Source: an uncultured Gammaproteobacteria bacterium (GTDB lineage Bacteria > Patescibacteriota > Patescibacteriia > Patescibacteriales > GWC2-42-12). From it: a DNA stretch of 64,000 nucleotides. Both the position numbers and the translations under genes were made by a program. Under the pieces are notes generated by a model, which worked only from the letters and a program-made list of their open reading frames with translations, was not told where the DNA came from and made no database searches. The stretch covers positions 221,216-285,215 of the forward strand of contig CAZLKB010000001.1 of NCBI GenBank assembly GCA_964560005.1, read 5' to 3'. Positions 9,531-19,166 of this stretch are shown one piece after another (positions within the stretch are counted from its first letter, which is position 1; each line of letters opens with the position of its first letter).

Positions 9531-10901
9531 CTAATCAAGCGCGCGGATATTTTTTAATGGTTGCAATTTATTGATTTCCAGACAAGCGGAATAGATATTT
9601 TCTATTAATTTAGGGATGTTTTTTACGGCCACGGAAGAAAAAGCCAGGCGCAATAGGTTACCGGGCAGGGCGATAACGCCGGTATCGTATTTTTCTAAAA
9701 GTTTTCGCCGTACTTTTTCCGCGTCTAAACCGTGAGCCAACTGTAAACACATAAAATAGCCGGAGTTAAACGGCAAGGCGGTGAAGGCCGGGGTGTATTT
9801 TGGATCGGTTAAGGCTTTTTTAACGGCTAAATAGCGGGATTTAAGTAAATCAAATTTTTTTTGTTTTTCTTCCGCGTAGCCGGGCGAATTCAGGCAGGCT
9901 AAGATTAAGGACTGTGATAAATGCGACACGTTGGAGATTTGGCCGCGGATAATGCCGGCGGTTTTTGCTTCCAGGGCCTGATATAGTTCATTGTTTCCGC
10001 CTCTCACGCCATAAGTCAAAAAGCCAACCCTTAATCCCCAGGCATATTCTTCCTTGCTGACACCATCAATTTTAACGGCTAAGACGCGTTCATCTAAATT
10101 CGCCAGTTTACTGAAGAGTGATTCTCTAATAATACCCTCTTCATAAACCAAGCCGAAATAGGCGTCATCCAACAAAACTACTAATTCATCTCCGGCTTTG
10201 GCGCGTTCGCCGATAACCGCGACGATTTGCTCTACCTCCGTAGTTGTCGGAGTATAACCGGATGGATTATTGGGAAAATTCAGTAAAATTATTTTTTTAT
10301 TCGCCCCGTTATCGCGGTGGTTTGCCTTTTCGGCCAGCTTGGCTTTAAAGCTCTCTATATCAAACCTTTGATTATTAAAAGTATTAAACGGGTCCAGTAT
10401 CCCGCCGGAGCCGAGTTCAAAAATAAGGCGATAATTACCCCAGAGTTTATCGGCAATAATTATTTTGTCGCCAGGGTTAACGAATAGGGTTGCGCACACG
10501 GTCAAGCCATGGGTTAGGGCATTGGTAACGACCGGCAGGCTCAACGGCGAATTGAGTGAAGGGTTTTTTAGCTTAATTAGTTCTTGCCATTTTTTACGCA
10601 GTTCGGGTTTACCGTAGCTGGGCGCGTAAGGAAAAATTTCCTTGGGTTCTAATTTAATTAAATCAGCCAAGCCAGCAAGCCTGACTGGCGAACCATTGTC
10701 TTCGGTGGCTATGCCAATGGTGGCGTTTATGGTTTTGCCCTTGGCTTCGGCCGATTGTCCTAAAATGCCGGTTTTAGGAAAATAAAAAGCCAGTCCGCTC
10801 TCGGATAAGAGGCGAAGAATAACCGAGTTATTTTGGCCAATGATGGCGTTTAATTCTGTAGCCAAAGGGTTCAATTGTTGTGGTCGATGATTAAGTGTCA
10901 T
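9531..10901 (-). CDS. PLP-dependent aminotransferase, class I/II
   Basis: 456 aa with LNFPNNPSGYTPT and the DDAYFGLVYE pattern of class I/II aminotransferases. Confidence 0.8.
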   Translation of the reverse strand: MTLNHRPQQLNPLATELNAIIGQNNSVILRLLSESGLAFYFPKTGILGQSAEAKGKTINATIGIATEDNGSPVRLAGLADLIKLEPKEIFPYAPSYGKPELRKKWQELIKLKNPSLNSPLSLPVVTNALTHGLTVCATLFVNPGDKIIIADKLWGNYRLIFELGSGGILDPFNTFNNQRFDIESFKAKLAEKANHRDNGANKKIILLNFPNNPSGYTPTTTEVEQIVAVIGERAKAGDELVVLLDDAYFGLVYEEGIIRESLFSKLANLDERVLAVKIDGVSKEEYAWGLRVGFLTYGVRGGNNELYQALEAKTAGIIRGQISNVSHLSQSLILACLNSPGYAEEKQKKFDLLKSRYLAVKKALTDPKYTPAFTALPFNSGYFMCLQLAHGLDAEKVRRKLLEKYDTGVIALPGNLLRLAFSSVAVKNIPKLIENIYSACLEINKLQPLKNIRALD

Positions 10902-11021
10902 TTTTAAGTTAGATTAGCCCGTTTATGCTGTTTTTATATTATACTATTCAGCCGGTAATTTCAATGGCTTGTTTATTTATTTTAAAAAATATATAATTTA
11001 AGGATTAAAACTTGGTCATAA

Positions 11022-11354
11022 ATGAAAATAGGTAAAGCTATGATGCAAAAAAAATTTCAACGCACAAAGGAAGATTTCGTTTGCGAAAGATGCGGTTTTT
11101 TTGTGCGCGGGAGCGGCTACACCAATCACTGTCCGCAATGCCTTTACAGCAAGCATGTTGACATTAATCCCGGCGACCGCCGGGAAGTTTGCCGCGGGCT
11201 AATGGAGCCAGTCGGCGTGGAGCTTAAAGGCAGTGAATATATCATATCGCATCGTTGCCTCTCCTGCGGCTTTAAAAAAAAGAATAAGGCATCGGCGGAT
11301 GATAATTTTGACGCCATACTCCAGCTTTCAGGCCGTCCGGCGCCTATAAAGTAA
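11022..11354 (+). CDS. RNHCP domain-containing zinc-ribbon protein
   Basis: CERCG...GYTNHCPQCLYSKHVD...CLSCG cysteine pattern, matching the RNHCP motif. Confidence 0.6.
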   Translation: MKIGKAMMQKKFQRTKEDFVCERCGFFVRGSGYTNHCPQCLYSKHVDINPGDRREVCRGLMEPVGVELKGSEYIISHRCLSCGFKKKNKASADDNFDAILQLSGRPAPIK

Positions 11355-11461
11355 TGGATATTTGTTTAGCTAGTACCAGCCCTTGATAACAATTAAAAAA
11401 GCTGTTATCCTGGTTTTGTGGGCATTATATCATTGTGATCATGCCTTTTATTATATCTTTT

Positions 11462-11536
11462 GCCGCTATCGTCTAGTGGTTAGGACACCAGGTTTTCATC
11501 CTGGTAACAGGGGTCCGATTCCCCTTAGCGGTACCA
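11462..11536 (+). tRNA. tRNA-Glu(TTC), CCA encoded
   Basis: Hand-folded cloverleaf: acceptor GCCGCTA/TAGCGGT, anticodon arm CCAGG-TTTTCAT-CCTGG (anticodon TTC), T arm AGGGG-TCCGATT-CCCCT, then ACCA. Confidence 0.9.
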
Positions 11537-11544
11537 ATTTTGAG

Positions 11545-11568
11545 ACAGGCTGAAAGGCCTGTTTTTTT
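11545..11568 (+). terminator. rho-independent terminator after tRNA-Glu
   Basis: acaggc-tgaaag-gcctgt followed by ttttttt. Confidence 0.7.
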
Positions 11569-11817
11569 ATTTTGAAGGCCGTTTAATATACATTAAACTC
11601 AAACAAAATCGTGGAGCGTGTCTTAGCGGAGAAGATGAGATACATAGGTAACACCTCTAAATCACCTTAGTTGACGGCTTAGATGTAATATATTAGGATA
11701 TTATGATTGTTGTTCATTTAAAACTTATGGGTTGGCTGCGTCTTTTAGGGCGTTTTGCGCTTTAAAAGATGCGGCCAACAACAGAGCTGCAGAAAACAAA
11801 AAGAAAGATTATAACTT

Positions 11818-13074
11818 ATGCCAACACCTAAAGCATCACTGGCTCGTATTGAACGGGCATTGCCGGTAATTCTGAACACCTATGGGACGCCTTGCTACCT
11901 TTATGACGAGCAGGGAATCCTGGAGAGAGGCTTGGAACTTAAGCGCGCCATGCGCGATGTTCCGGGCTTTCAGCAATTCTACGCCGTTAAGGCCTGGAAC
12001 AATCCGGAGAACTTGAGGCTCCAAAAGCAGATGGGCTTCGGGTTTGATTGCTCGTCTCCTTACGAGATGGATTTAATGGAGTGGATCGGCGCTCAAGGTC
12101 GGTTTATTCTAACTTCCAACAACAGCCGGCCGGAATGGTTTGAACAAGCCAATCGCCTGGGCGGCATCATTAACCTGGATGATGTTAGCCTAATTAAGAA
12201 GGTTCGGGATTTTCCCGAATTGATTTGTTTCCGGCTAAATCCGGGCAAGCGACGGACCGGTTCAAGTATCATCGGCACACCCACGGAAGCCAAATATGGC
12301 ATCATGTGGGAGGAGATGGTGAGCGCTTACCAGCAAGCCTGGTACCGCGGAGCCAGACGTTTCGGCATGCACACCATGATCTGCTCAAACTGTCGCGACG
12401 AGGAATATCTGGTCGCAACGGTCGCGATGCTACTTAAGGCTATTGAAAAAGTTACGCGGGCGACCGGGGTTACCTTTGAGTTTATCAATATGGGCGGCGG
12501 ATTTGGCATTCCTTACAAGCTGATCGATAAGGTATTAAACATCAACCGTATCGGTGAACGAATCGCCGAATTGATCCATGATTTCGAAAGAAGTCATGGC
12601 TACGCCCCCAAGCTCTACACCGAGATGGGGCGCTGGATGACCGGTCCCTATGGGGTTCTGGTGACTAAGGTGATCAACCGCAAGGAGATTTATCAGACTC
12701 ATGTGGGCGTGGATGTGGGTATGAACGGACTGATGCGTCATGCTATCTACGGTGCTTATCATCATATCACCGTACCTGGTGTAAGCGCGCGGCGCAGGAA
12801 AGAACGGGTCAATGTGGTCGGTCAGATTTGCGAAAACCGCGATCGCTTGGCAACCCAACGCTTACTGCCCAAGACCGAAGAAGGCGACATTCTCCTGGTT
12901 CAGGACGCGGGGGCTCATGGCTGGGTTATGTGCTTCAACTATAACGGCACCACGCGCGTTCAGGAAGTCATGTTGCGTAAAGATGGCCAGGCGGAATTGA
13001 TTCGCCGGGCCGAGACGCACCACGACTTGAATGCCACACTCGAGTTCAAGCCCAAAACAGCACAGGCGTATTAA
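11818..13074 (+). CDS. PLP-dependent decarboxylase, diaminopimelate decarboxylase-like (Orn/DAP/Arg decarboxylase fold)
   Basis: GTPCYLYDEQ...FYAVKAWNNPENLRL...GFGFDCSSPYEM matches the LysA-type N-terminal barrel pattern. The gene is GC-rich relative to its flanks. Confidence 0.75.
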   Translation: MPTPKASLARIERALPVILNTYGTPCYLYDEQGILERGLELKRAMRDVPGFQQFYAVKAWNNPENLRLQKQMGFGFDCSSPYEMDLMEWIGAQGRFILTSNNSRPEWFEQANRLGGIINLDDVSLIKKVRDFPELICFRLNPGKRRTGSSIIGTPTEAKYGIMWEEMVSAYQQAWYRGARRFGMHTMICSNCRDEEYLVATVAMLLKAIEKVTRATGVTFEFINMGGGFGIPYKLIDKVLNINRIGERIAELIHDFERSHGYAPKLYTEMGRWMTGPYGVLVTKVINRKEIYQTHVGVDVGMNGLMRHAIYGAYHHITVPGVSARRRKERVNVVGQICENRDRLATQRLLPKTEEGDILLVQDAGAHGWVMCFNYNGTTRVQEVMLRKDGQAELIRRAETHHDLNATLEFKPKTAQAY

Positions 13075-13131
13075 CAAAACCATCCGCCTACGCTTTAAGC
13101 TTGGGCGGATAAAAAAAGAAAGACAAAAACA

Positions 13132-14544
13132 ATGAATAAAGAAAATATAACAGTTGATTCAGCGGAACAGCGTTTGATAGATAGTTACGTTGAGCCGGAA
13201 CGGTACTGGCGAAGTATGTTTAGCCCGCAAGTCGGCGGAGTCAAGTTTGACGCTCCGGGCGGAGGCTACTCTTTTCAAATGACTGTTGACGATGAGCGTG
13301 AGAAGGAAAAGGCAAATCGCACTGGCGATCCAGCATCGGCTCTGCTTAAGCTCTCGGTGGCTGACCCGACCTGGAAGATGCCAGAGGGAGCAATGGATGC
13401 CGCGCGCGATTACTTCAATCTGGCCTGGGACGCCAGCCGGTATACGGACACCACTGGCGCTCGCCGGACGGCGTGCACGATAATGACTCGTGATACCAAC
13501 GAGATGCTGGCCGAACTGGTTCAGCGTCTGCGCGGCGCGGCAACCCAGAACGGGAAAGGACTGACGGCCGATTGGGTGCAATACTCGCCGGGCGCGATTA
13601 AGCGGGCACTGGCCGAGTCTATACCGACATTACTGTTTGACCAAAATACAGAGCTCATCTTTCCGACCCCGAGCTACCAGGTGATCACCAGCCCGATGAA
13701 TAGCCGCGGGGTGCCGATTGTTTACTTCCCGCTGGTTTATTGGGGAGGAAAGTGGGCGTTCAAAGTGTTGGAGTTAACCGATTGGGTGACCGCAGCCCAT
13801 AACCGGTCCAAGAAGATCGTGATGTACCTTAATGTGCCTCACAACCCTACGGGCATGGGGTTCACTCTGATAGACTGGCGGATGATCATCGCTTGGGCTA
13901 ACTCTAACAAGGTTACCCTGGTGGTTGACGAGGCCTACATTGACCTCTGCTACCGCGACGGGGTGGTCTCGGTTCTCCAGGTACCGGGCTGGGAAAAGTG
14001 CTGCATCGTGCTCCAGAGCGTGAGCAAGGGCTGGAACGCCACGGGTTTAAGGTTCGGCTGGGTCGTGGCGCACCCTACGGTCATCCAAGCGCTACGCAAG
14101 GTTATGGATGTGAAAGATTCGGGCATGTTCGGCCTGAGCATCGTGGCCGGACTCTACTGCTTGCTTCATCCGGAAGTGGCCCAGGAAACGGTTAAGAAGT
14201 ACCGGATGCTTCATCAGAAACTGGCCGATGGTTTAAAGGCCGCGGGATTTAAAGGCGGCATGCCTGACGCCGGACTCTGCCAGTTCACGCCGGCGCCGAA
14301 AGCGGTGAAGATAGGTCATCTAGGCTTTGACGATGTTCTCAAACCTTTTAAAGATGCGGCCGATTGCGCCAAATGGTTTCGCGAGACATTGCGTATCTCG
14401 GTGATGCACGCAGAAGCCGCGGGCGGTCAATGGCTTCGCTGGGCCGTCACGCTTCAGCCAGTACCCGAATGCGGACTACCGACCGGAGAGTCAATTATTA
14501 ACGAGGTGGTACGGCGCCTCCAGTCTGTGAAATTCACATTCTAA
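13132..14544 (+). CDS. class I/II aminotransferase (DapL-like is only an inference)
   Basis: LNVPHNPTGMGF, VVDEAYIDLCY and SVSKGWNATGLRFGW (PLP-lysine motif). It is GC-rich and follows the decarboxylase by 57 nt. Confidence 0.7.
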   Translation: MNKENITVDSAEQRLIDSYVEPERYWRSMFSPQVGGVKFDAPGGGYSFQMTVDDEREKEKANRTGDPASALLKLSVADPTWKMPEGAMDAARDYFNLAWDASRYTDTTGARRTACTIMTRDTNEMLAELVQRLRGAATQNGKGLTADWVQYSPGAIKRALAESIPTLLFDQNTELIFPTPSYQVITSPMNSRGVPIVYFPLVYWGGKWAFKVLELTDWVTAAHNRSKKIVMYLNVPHNPTGMGFTLIDWRMIIAWANSNKVTLVVDEAYIDLCYRDGVVSVLQVPGWEKCCIVLQSVSKGWNATGLRFGWVVAHPTVIQALRKVMDVKDSGMFGLSIVAGLYCLLHPEVAQETVKKYRMLHQKLADGLKAAGFKGGMPDAGLCQFTPAPKAVKIGHLGFDDVLKPFKDAADCAKWFRETLRISVMHAEAAGGQWLRWAVTLQPVPECGLPTGESIINEVVRRLQSVKFTF

Positions 14545-14693
14545 ACAATGTTCCTTAATATAAGTTGTCGGCGAGCAAGGCCGGCAATTCCAGCGGTTGA
14601 AGACTCACTTCAGCCGCTTTTTTTATATTTTATTAATTCATTTAATAAAAAACACCCGGGAAAAATTAAACCCGGGTGCCTATTTAAAAAATA

Positions 14694-15290
14694 TTATGCC
14701 TTATACCTCTTCATTGACAGTGAATTCAGGACTACGCTGACCGAGGAGAAGGCCATGGCGGCAGCGGCTACGGCCGGGTTTAACAGCCAGCCGGTTAGCG
14801 GGTATAAAACCCCGGCGGCCACGGGAATGCCGATTAGATTATAGAAAAAGGCCCAGAATAAATTCTGCTTGATTTTTTTTAGGGTATAGGCGCTTAAATT
14901 TATAGCCGAGACAACATCACGCAGATCATCTTTAATTAAAACTATCTCGCCGGTTTCCATGGCCACATCCGTGCCCGAGCCCAGGGCGATGCCTAAGTCG
15001 GCTTGGGCCAGAGCTGGCGCGTCGTTGATGCCGTCGCCGATCATGGCGACCACGGGATTTTCGATTGACGATTTTCCCCCCTTCGCTGGCGCTTCGGGGG
15101 ACAAGCGATTTTCGATTTTTTCTCCTGACTGGATTTTTCTGATAAGCTCGGTTTTTTCCTGCGGCAAGACTTCGGCGAAAACCAGATCATAATGCAATAA
15201 ACATCAGCTTCCAGCATGGCGATGATTTTTTCCATTAAGCCCTTGGTTTTTTTAAAACTGATCAAGGCTGCGGTTTTTTATGGAGTCATA
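14694..15290 (-). pseudogene. heavy-metal P-type ATPase (CopA-like) C-terminal remnant, truncated and frameshifted
   Basis: Only the last roughly 170 aa are present (FAEVLPQEK...[34 protein letters not shown]... plus 2 TM helices). An upstream piece (KKTKGLMEKIIAML) is in another frame. The N-terminal roughly 500 aa are absent, and a repeat element sits in frame at 15070-15114. Confidence 0.75.
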
Positions 15291-15487
15291 GTTTTAATTA
15301 AAAATAATTATAGTTATTGATTGTGTCAATTAGTTGCGTTATAGTTTTGGTTGAATTTATTTTAAGCCTTAGATTAATGAGCGGGGATCTGATATACCTA
15401 TACCTAGGGTGGGGGTATAATTAGATAATATCATTTTCTATATTTTTGTCACTAGACTTGTTTTTTTGGTAATTTTAGGGTAGAATA

Positions 15488-16627
15488 ATGATTATGATTA
15501 TTTTAGGCATTGAAACTTCTTGCGATGAAACCGCGGTTGCAGTGGTACGCGGCAGCGGCGAAAAAATTGAAGTGTTATCTAATGTAGTGTCGTCGCAAAT
15601 AGAGATTCACAAAAAATACGGCGGCGTGGTGCCGGAAGTGGCGGCGCGCGAGCATGTTTTAAATATTCTGCCGGTGATTAATGAAGCGCTCGAAGGCGTC
15701 AAGAAAATTGACGCAATCGCGGTGACGACCGGACCAGGGCTGGTTACTTCACTACTCGTGGGAGTGGAAACCGCTAAGACCTTAGCTTACGCTTGGAAAT
15801 TACCGGTGGCGGCGGTTAATCATATTGAAGGACATATATACGCGAATTGGCTACCGCCAATTCGCAATGACAAATGTCAAATGTCAAATGTCAAAAATAA
15901 AATAAAATTTCCGGCCGTGGTTTTGACTGTTTCGGGCGGGCATACGATGTTAGTGTTGATGAAAGGCCATGGCAAATATAAAATACTCGGGGAAACGCGC
16001 GACGACGCGGCCGGTGAAGCTTTTGATAAAGCGGCGCAGCTCTTGGAAATCGGCTATCCGGGCGGACCGGCGATTGCGGCAGAGGCCGCAAAATTTTCAA
16101 TTTTCCCCCCTTCGGCAAACCTTCGGAGGACAAGCAATTTTCCCCCATCCGGGGACAAGCAATTTTCAAATAAATCAAAAATTCAAAATTCAAAATTTAA
16201 AATTTCATTACCTCGTCCCATGATAAGAGATAAAAATTTTGATTTTTCTTTCTCCGGGCTGAAAACCTCGCTATTATACGCTTTGCAAAAAGACCAGAGC
16301 TGGAAAAAGAGGATTCCCGAATACGCGGCCGAGTTTCAACAAGCCGTGATAGATGTGCTGGTGAAAAAAACCATCAGAGCGGCCGAGACGGAAAATTGTA
16401 AAAACATCATGCTCTCCGGCGGCGTGGCCGCGAACATAGAATTAAGGCGCCAGCTAAAGGCCGCGGTTGAAACCAAGCTGAACGGCGCTAAACCGATTAT
16501 TCCGGATTTAAAATACTGTACCGATAACGCGGCCATGATCGCGGCCGCCGGCTATTTTCGCGCCAAGAAAAAAGATTTTATGGCCTGGCAGAAGCTGAAA
16601 ACCGATGCCAATTTGGAATTGAAATAA
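15488..16627 (+). CDS. tsaD: tRNA N6-adenosine threonylcarbamoyltransferase TsaD, with two repeat-derived in-frame insertions
   Basis: [28 protein letters not shown] and FSFSGLKT motifs. Insertions are at about 15871-15897 and about 16093-16209. Confidence 0.9.
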   Translation: MIMIILGIETSCDETAVAVVRGSGEKIEVLSNVVSSQIEIHKKYGGVVPEVAAREHVLNILPVINEALEGVKKIDAIAVTTGPGLVTSLLVGVETAKTLAYAWKLPVAAVNHIEGHIYANWLPPIRNDKCQMSNVKNKIKFPAVVLTVSGGHTMLVLMKGHGKYKILGETRDDAAGEAFDKAAQLLEIGYPGGPAIAAEAAKFSIFPPSANLRRTSNFPPSGDKQFSNKSKIQNSKFKISLPRPMIRDKNFDFSFSGLKTSLLYALQKDQSWKKRIPEYAAEFQQAVIDVLVKKTIRAAETENCKNIMLSGGVAANIELRRQLKAAVETKLNGAKPIIPDLKYCTDNAAMIAAAGYFRAKKKDFMAWQKLKTDANLELK

Positions 16628-16712
16628 CCCACAAATCTACAAATCAACCACAAATAACGAATAAATGTAATTTAATTACTGCGAAAATTAATTTTTATAT
16701 TTGCTAATTTAG

Positions 16713-16771
16713 ATTCCCCGTCCAAGCCGCCTTCCCTCGGCAAGCTCGGGACAGGTCGCGGGAATGACAGT
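16713..16771. repeat. REP-like palindromic element (gggaatgaca family)
   Basis: agattccccgtcc...ggtcgcgggaatgacag. Related copies are at 40749, 45790, 47081, 54979 and 57797. Confidence 0.7.
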
Positions 16772-16796
16772 AAGAAGAATGAGTTAAAAAAAAAGA

Positions 16797-16830
16797 AGGC
16801 TGGGTCTTAGGTTATAAGACGCAGCCTTTG
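16797..16830 (-). terminator. rho-independent terminator of the purF-like gene
   Basis: The minus strand reads ggctgcgtcttataacctaagacccagcc followed by ttcttttttttt. Confidence 0.65.
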
Positions 16831-16834
16831 AGTT

Positions 16835-18154
16835 TTATTGGGGGAATTTTCCAGTGAAACAACCTAGACAAAGCTGTTCCTCGGGCAGCCCGATGGCGGC
16901 CACTAGATTGTCTAAACAGTTGAACTTAAGAGTATCGGCTCCGATAATTCTGCGAATTTCTTCTTCCGAATGCCGGCTGCCGATCAGTTCTTCACCGGTA
17001 CGAGTGGAAGTGCCATAACGGCAGGGCGCTATGAGCCGCGGCACGCCCACGCGAATGTGGATTTCCTTGGCGCCGGCGGCGCGCAAGCGCTTGATCAAGC
17101 GGCTTATTTGGAGCCCTTGGACGATACAATCTTCAACCAGGACAATTCTCTTACCTCGGATCGCTCCTGGAATCGGAGAGTGTTTTTCCGTCGCAGTATT
17201 ATCGCGGTCTGCTCGCAGCAAACGAAGATTGCTTCTGCCGGCGAATTGATTATAAATAATCGCACTCCGGTAGGTAATACCCGAGATTGCGTGGAAACCC
17301 TCGGCATAGCCGATGCCCGACATTGGTATGGGCGCTACTAAATCAGCTTCTACGCTATCGCCTTCGGCCAATTTTTCTCCCAGGGCAAAGCGAACCTGAT
17401 CTACCGCAATGCCATCAATTACCGAATCACGGCGAGCGAAATAAGTCAATTCAATGGCGCAATGAGCCTTCCGCTGGCCGTGGACTTGACCGACCGAATA
17501 CGCGTTCTGTTTTTCCAGGAAGATTATTTCTCCCGGACTTACATTCCTGACTATATTCCCGCCTATTTCCGTTATAGCCGGAGATTCAGAGACCACGGCT
17601 ATCCCATCCGTTGTCTGGCCGATAATTAAAGGCTTAAAGCCGAAGGGATCGCGCATAATGTAAATGCCGGCTTCGGTTAAGAGAGCTAAAGCATACGAGC
17701 CTTTAGCTTGTTCGGCCATGATCTTAAGCCCTTCAATCGGGTCGCTGGATTGGCAGATTAACCTGGCCAACACCTCCGCTTGGTTTTTGGAAGTAAACGG
17801 CTGACCCCTCTGCTTAAATCGCTGCTTAATGGCTTCGGCGTTAAAAATATTGCCGCTAAAAGCCAGGCAGATCGGGCCAATTTGGGTGTGAGCGAAATAT
17901 GGCTGGGGTTCATTTAGGCTGACATGGCCGATGGCCGAGCTGCCTTTCGCTTTCTGAAAGAGCTCTCGGTTTTGCTTAACCAATCCCAGGGCTAGATCAT
18001 GGCTGATTCCACCATCTTTTTGCTTGACGGCAAAACCGACTGAATCCTGACCTCGGTGCTGGAGACAGGATAAGCTATCGCAGAGCTTGGGCATAGCATT
18101 GCAATTCAGGCAAAAGGCGGCGACGCCGCAATTATCTTGGAGCATTTTGGGCAT
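16835..18154 (-). CDS. purF: amidophosphoribosyltransferase-like protein (PurF family)
   Basis: N-terminal CGVAAF nucleophile context, LQHRGQDSVGF, and a C-terminal PRTase-type VLVEDCIVQG motif. GC-rich single-gene islet. Confidence 0.75.
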   Translation of the reverse strand: MPKMLQDNCGVAAFCLNCNAMPKLCDSLSCLQHRGQDSVGFAVKQKDGGISHDLALGLVKQNRELFQKAKGSSAIGHVSLNEPQPYFAHTQIGPICLAFSGNIFNAEAIKQRFKQRGQPFTSKNQAEVLARLICQSSDPIEGLKIMAEQAKGSYALALLTEAGIYIMRDPFGFKPLIIGQTTDGIAVVSESPAITEIGGNIVRNVSPGEIIFLEKQNAYSVGQVHGQRKAHCAIELTYFARRDSVIDGIAVDQVRFALGEKLAEGDSVEADLVAPIPMSGIGYAEGFHAISGITYRSAIIYNQFAGRSNLRLLRADRDNTATEKHSPIPGAIRGKRIVLVEDCIVQGLQISRLIKRLRAAGAKEIHIRVGVPRLIAPCRYGTSTRTGEELIGSRHSEEEIRRIIGADTLKFNCLDNLVAAIGLPEEQLCLGCFTGKFPQ

Positions 18155-18356
18155 ATGAACTATTTCTTTCTTGATTGATGGTTTTATTTGGTTTACAAAG
18201 AACGAATAAGGTTAATTTTAATCTCGGAATGTTATATTTTAGCATCCATTTCTTTTCAAAGCAAGGCCGGCGGCTTTGAATCAATGGCTTTAATAAAAAA
18301 ACCGCCGAGCCTCAAGCCGGTGGTTTTTTTATTTATAGCTATAAATTATATTTAAC

Positions 18357-18446
18357 TTAACTTTGTCCCGGCAATTCCAAAAAGAAAGTAGAACCTTTAT
18401 CTTTGCCTTTAAATAATATTGCGTCAATATTATTAAGTTTGTTCAT
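18357..18446 (-). pseudogene. 29-codon fragment equal to the C-terminus of a histidine kinase (duplicate of the 25096 gene's 3' end)
   Basis: Translates to MNKLNNIDAILFKGKDKGSTFFLELPGQS*, compared with ...GKDKGSTFYIELPGQS* at 25096. The downstream terminator (18297-18332) is also duplicated from 25038-25070. Confidence 0.7.
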
Positions 18447-18467
18447 ATCAATTATACTAAAATCAAA

Positions 18468-19139
18468 TTAAAAAATGTTTAAATTAACTTCTTTAAAGCA
18501 ATCTTTTTTACCGTTAATTATTATAGAATCGTGACCAGGAATTATTATCGAAAAATGTTTTTTAATATACTGCCTTGTTTTTCTCATCTGTTTTTGATTT
18601 TCTGCCGAAGCATCGATTTTTTTTATCACGGAAATAAAGTCGATGTAAGTTTTTAAGGCATCGCCAGCGACTATTAATGGCTGGCCTAAACCTTTTACGA
18701 CCAAAGAAGAATGACCGGAAGTATGCCCCGGAGTCTCGATGACGGATACATGAGGCGATAATAAAAATCCTTTTCTAAAAAAAGTTAAATATTTACTATC
18801 AAGAATATTGTTAAAATAATAGAAAGTATAAAAATCTTCACTCTTTCGATGTTTCAAGCGTTTAATTTCCTTTTCGTGCACATATATTTTAATTCCATTC
18901 TTAGCAAACAGATCAGCATTAAGACAGTGATCAAAATGTAGGTGGGATAAAAATAATGTGTTAATTCGATATCGTCGAATATATTCTGCTATTGATCCAC
19001 GGACACTGTAGTGGCCAGTATCAAATAGTATGCGACGGCTACCATCAATAATCAGGGTTATGCTACAATATCCTATTCCACCAAAGTGCGTTTTAAGAGG
19101 AATTCCAGGTATCAAAATTTTAACGATCGGTTTTTTCAT
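18468..19139 (-). CDS. MBL-fold metallo-hydrolase
   Basis: LFLSHLHFDHCLN (HxHxDH motif) ... PGHTSGH ... GHD. Confidence 0.75.
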   Translation of the reverse strand: MKKPIVKILIPGIPLKTHFGGIGYCSITLIIDGSRRILFDTGHYSVRGSIAEYIRRYRINTLFLSHLHFDHCLNADLFAKNGIKIYVHEKEIKRLKHRKSEDFYTFYYFNNILDSKYLTFFRKGFLLSPHVSVIETPGHTSGHSSLVVKGLGQPLIVAGDALKTYIDFISVIKKIDASAENQKQMRKTRQYIKKHFSIIIPGHDSIIINGKKDCFKEVNLNIF

Positions 19140-19166
19140 TTTTAAGTTTTAATATTTAAATTTTGC

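Noticed and set aside
11570-11817. A lysine riboswitch upstream of the LysA-like gene, and a cobalamin riboswitch upstream of the B12-rSAM gene (30083-30437).
   Set aside because: I could not find the conserved L-box core or the B12 box (GCCACTG-type) by eye. Only generic hairpins are present. An Rfam scan would be needed to revisit this.
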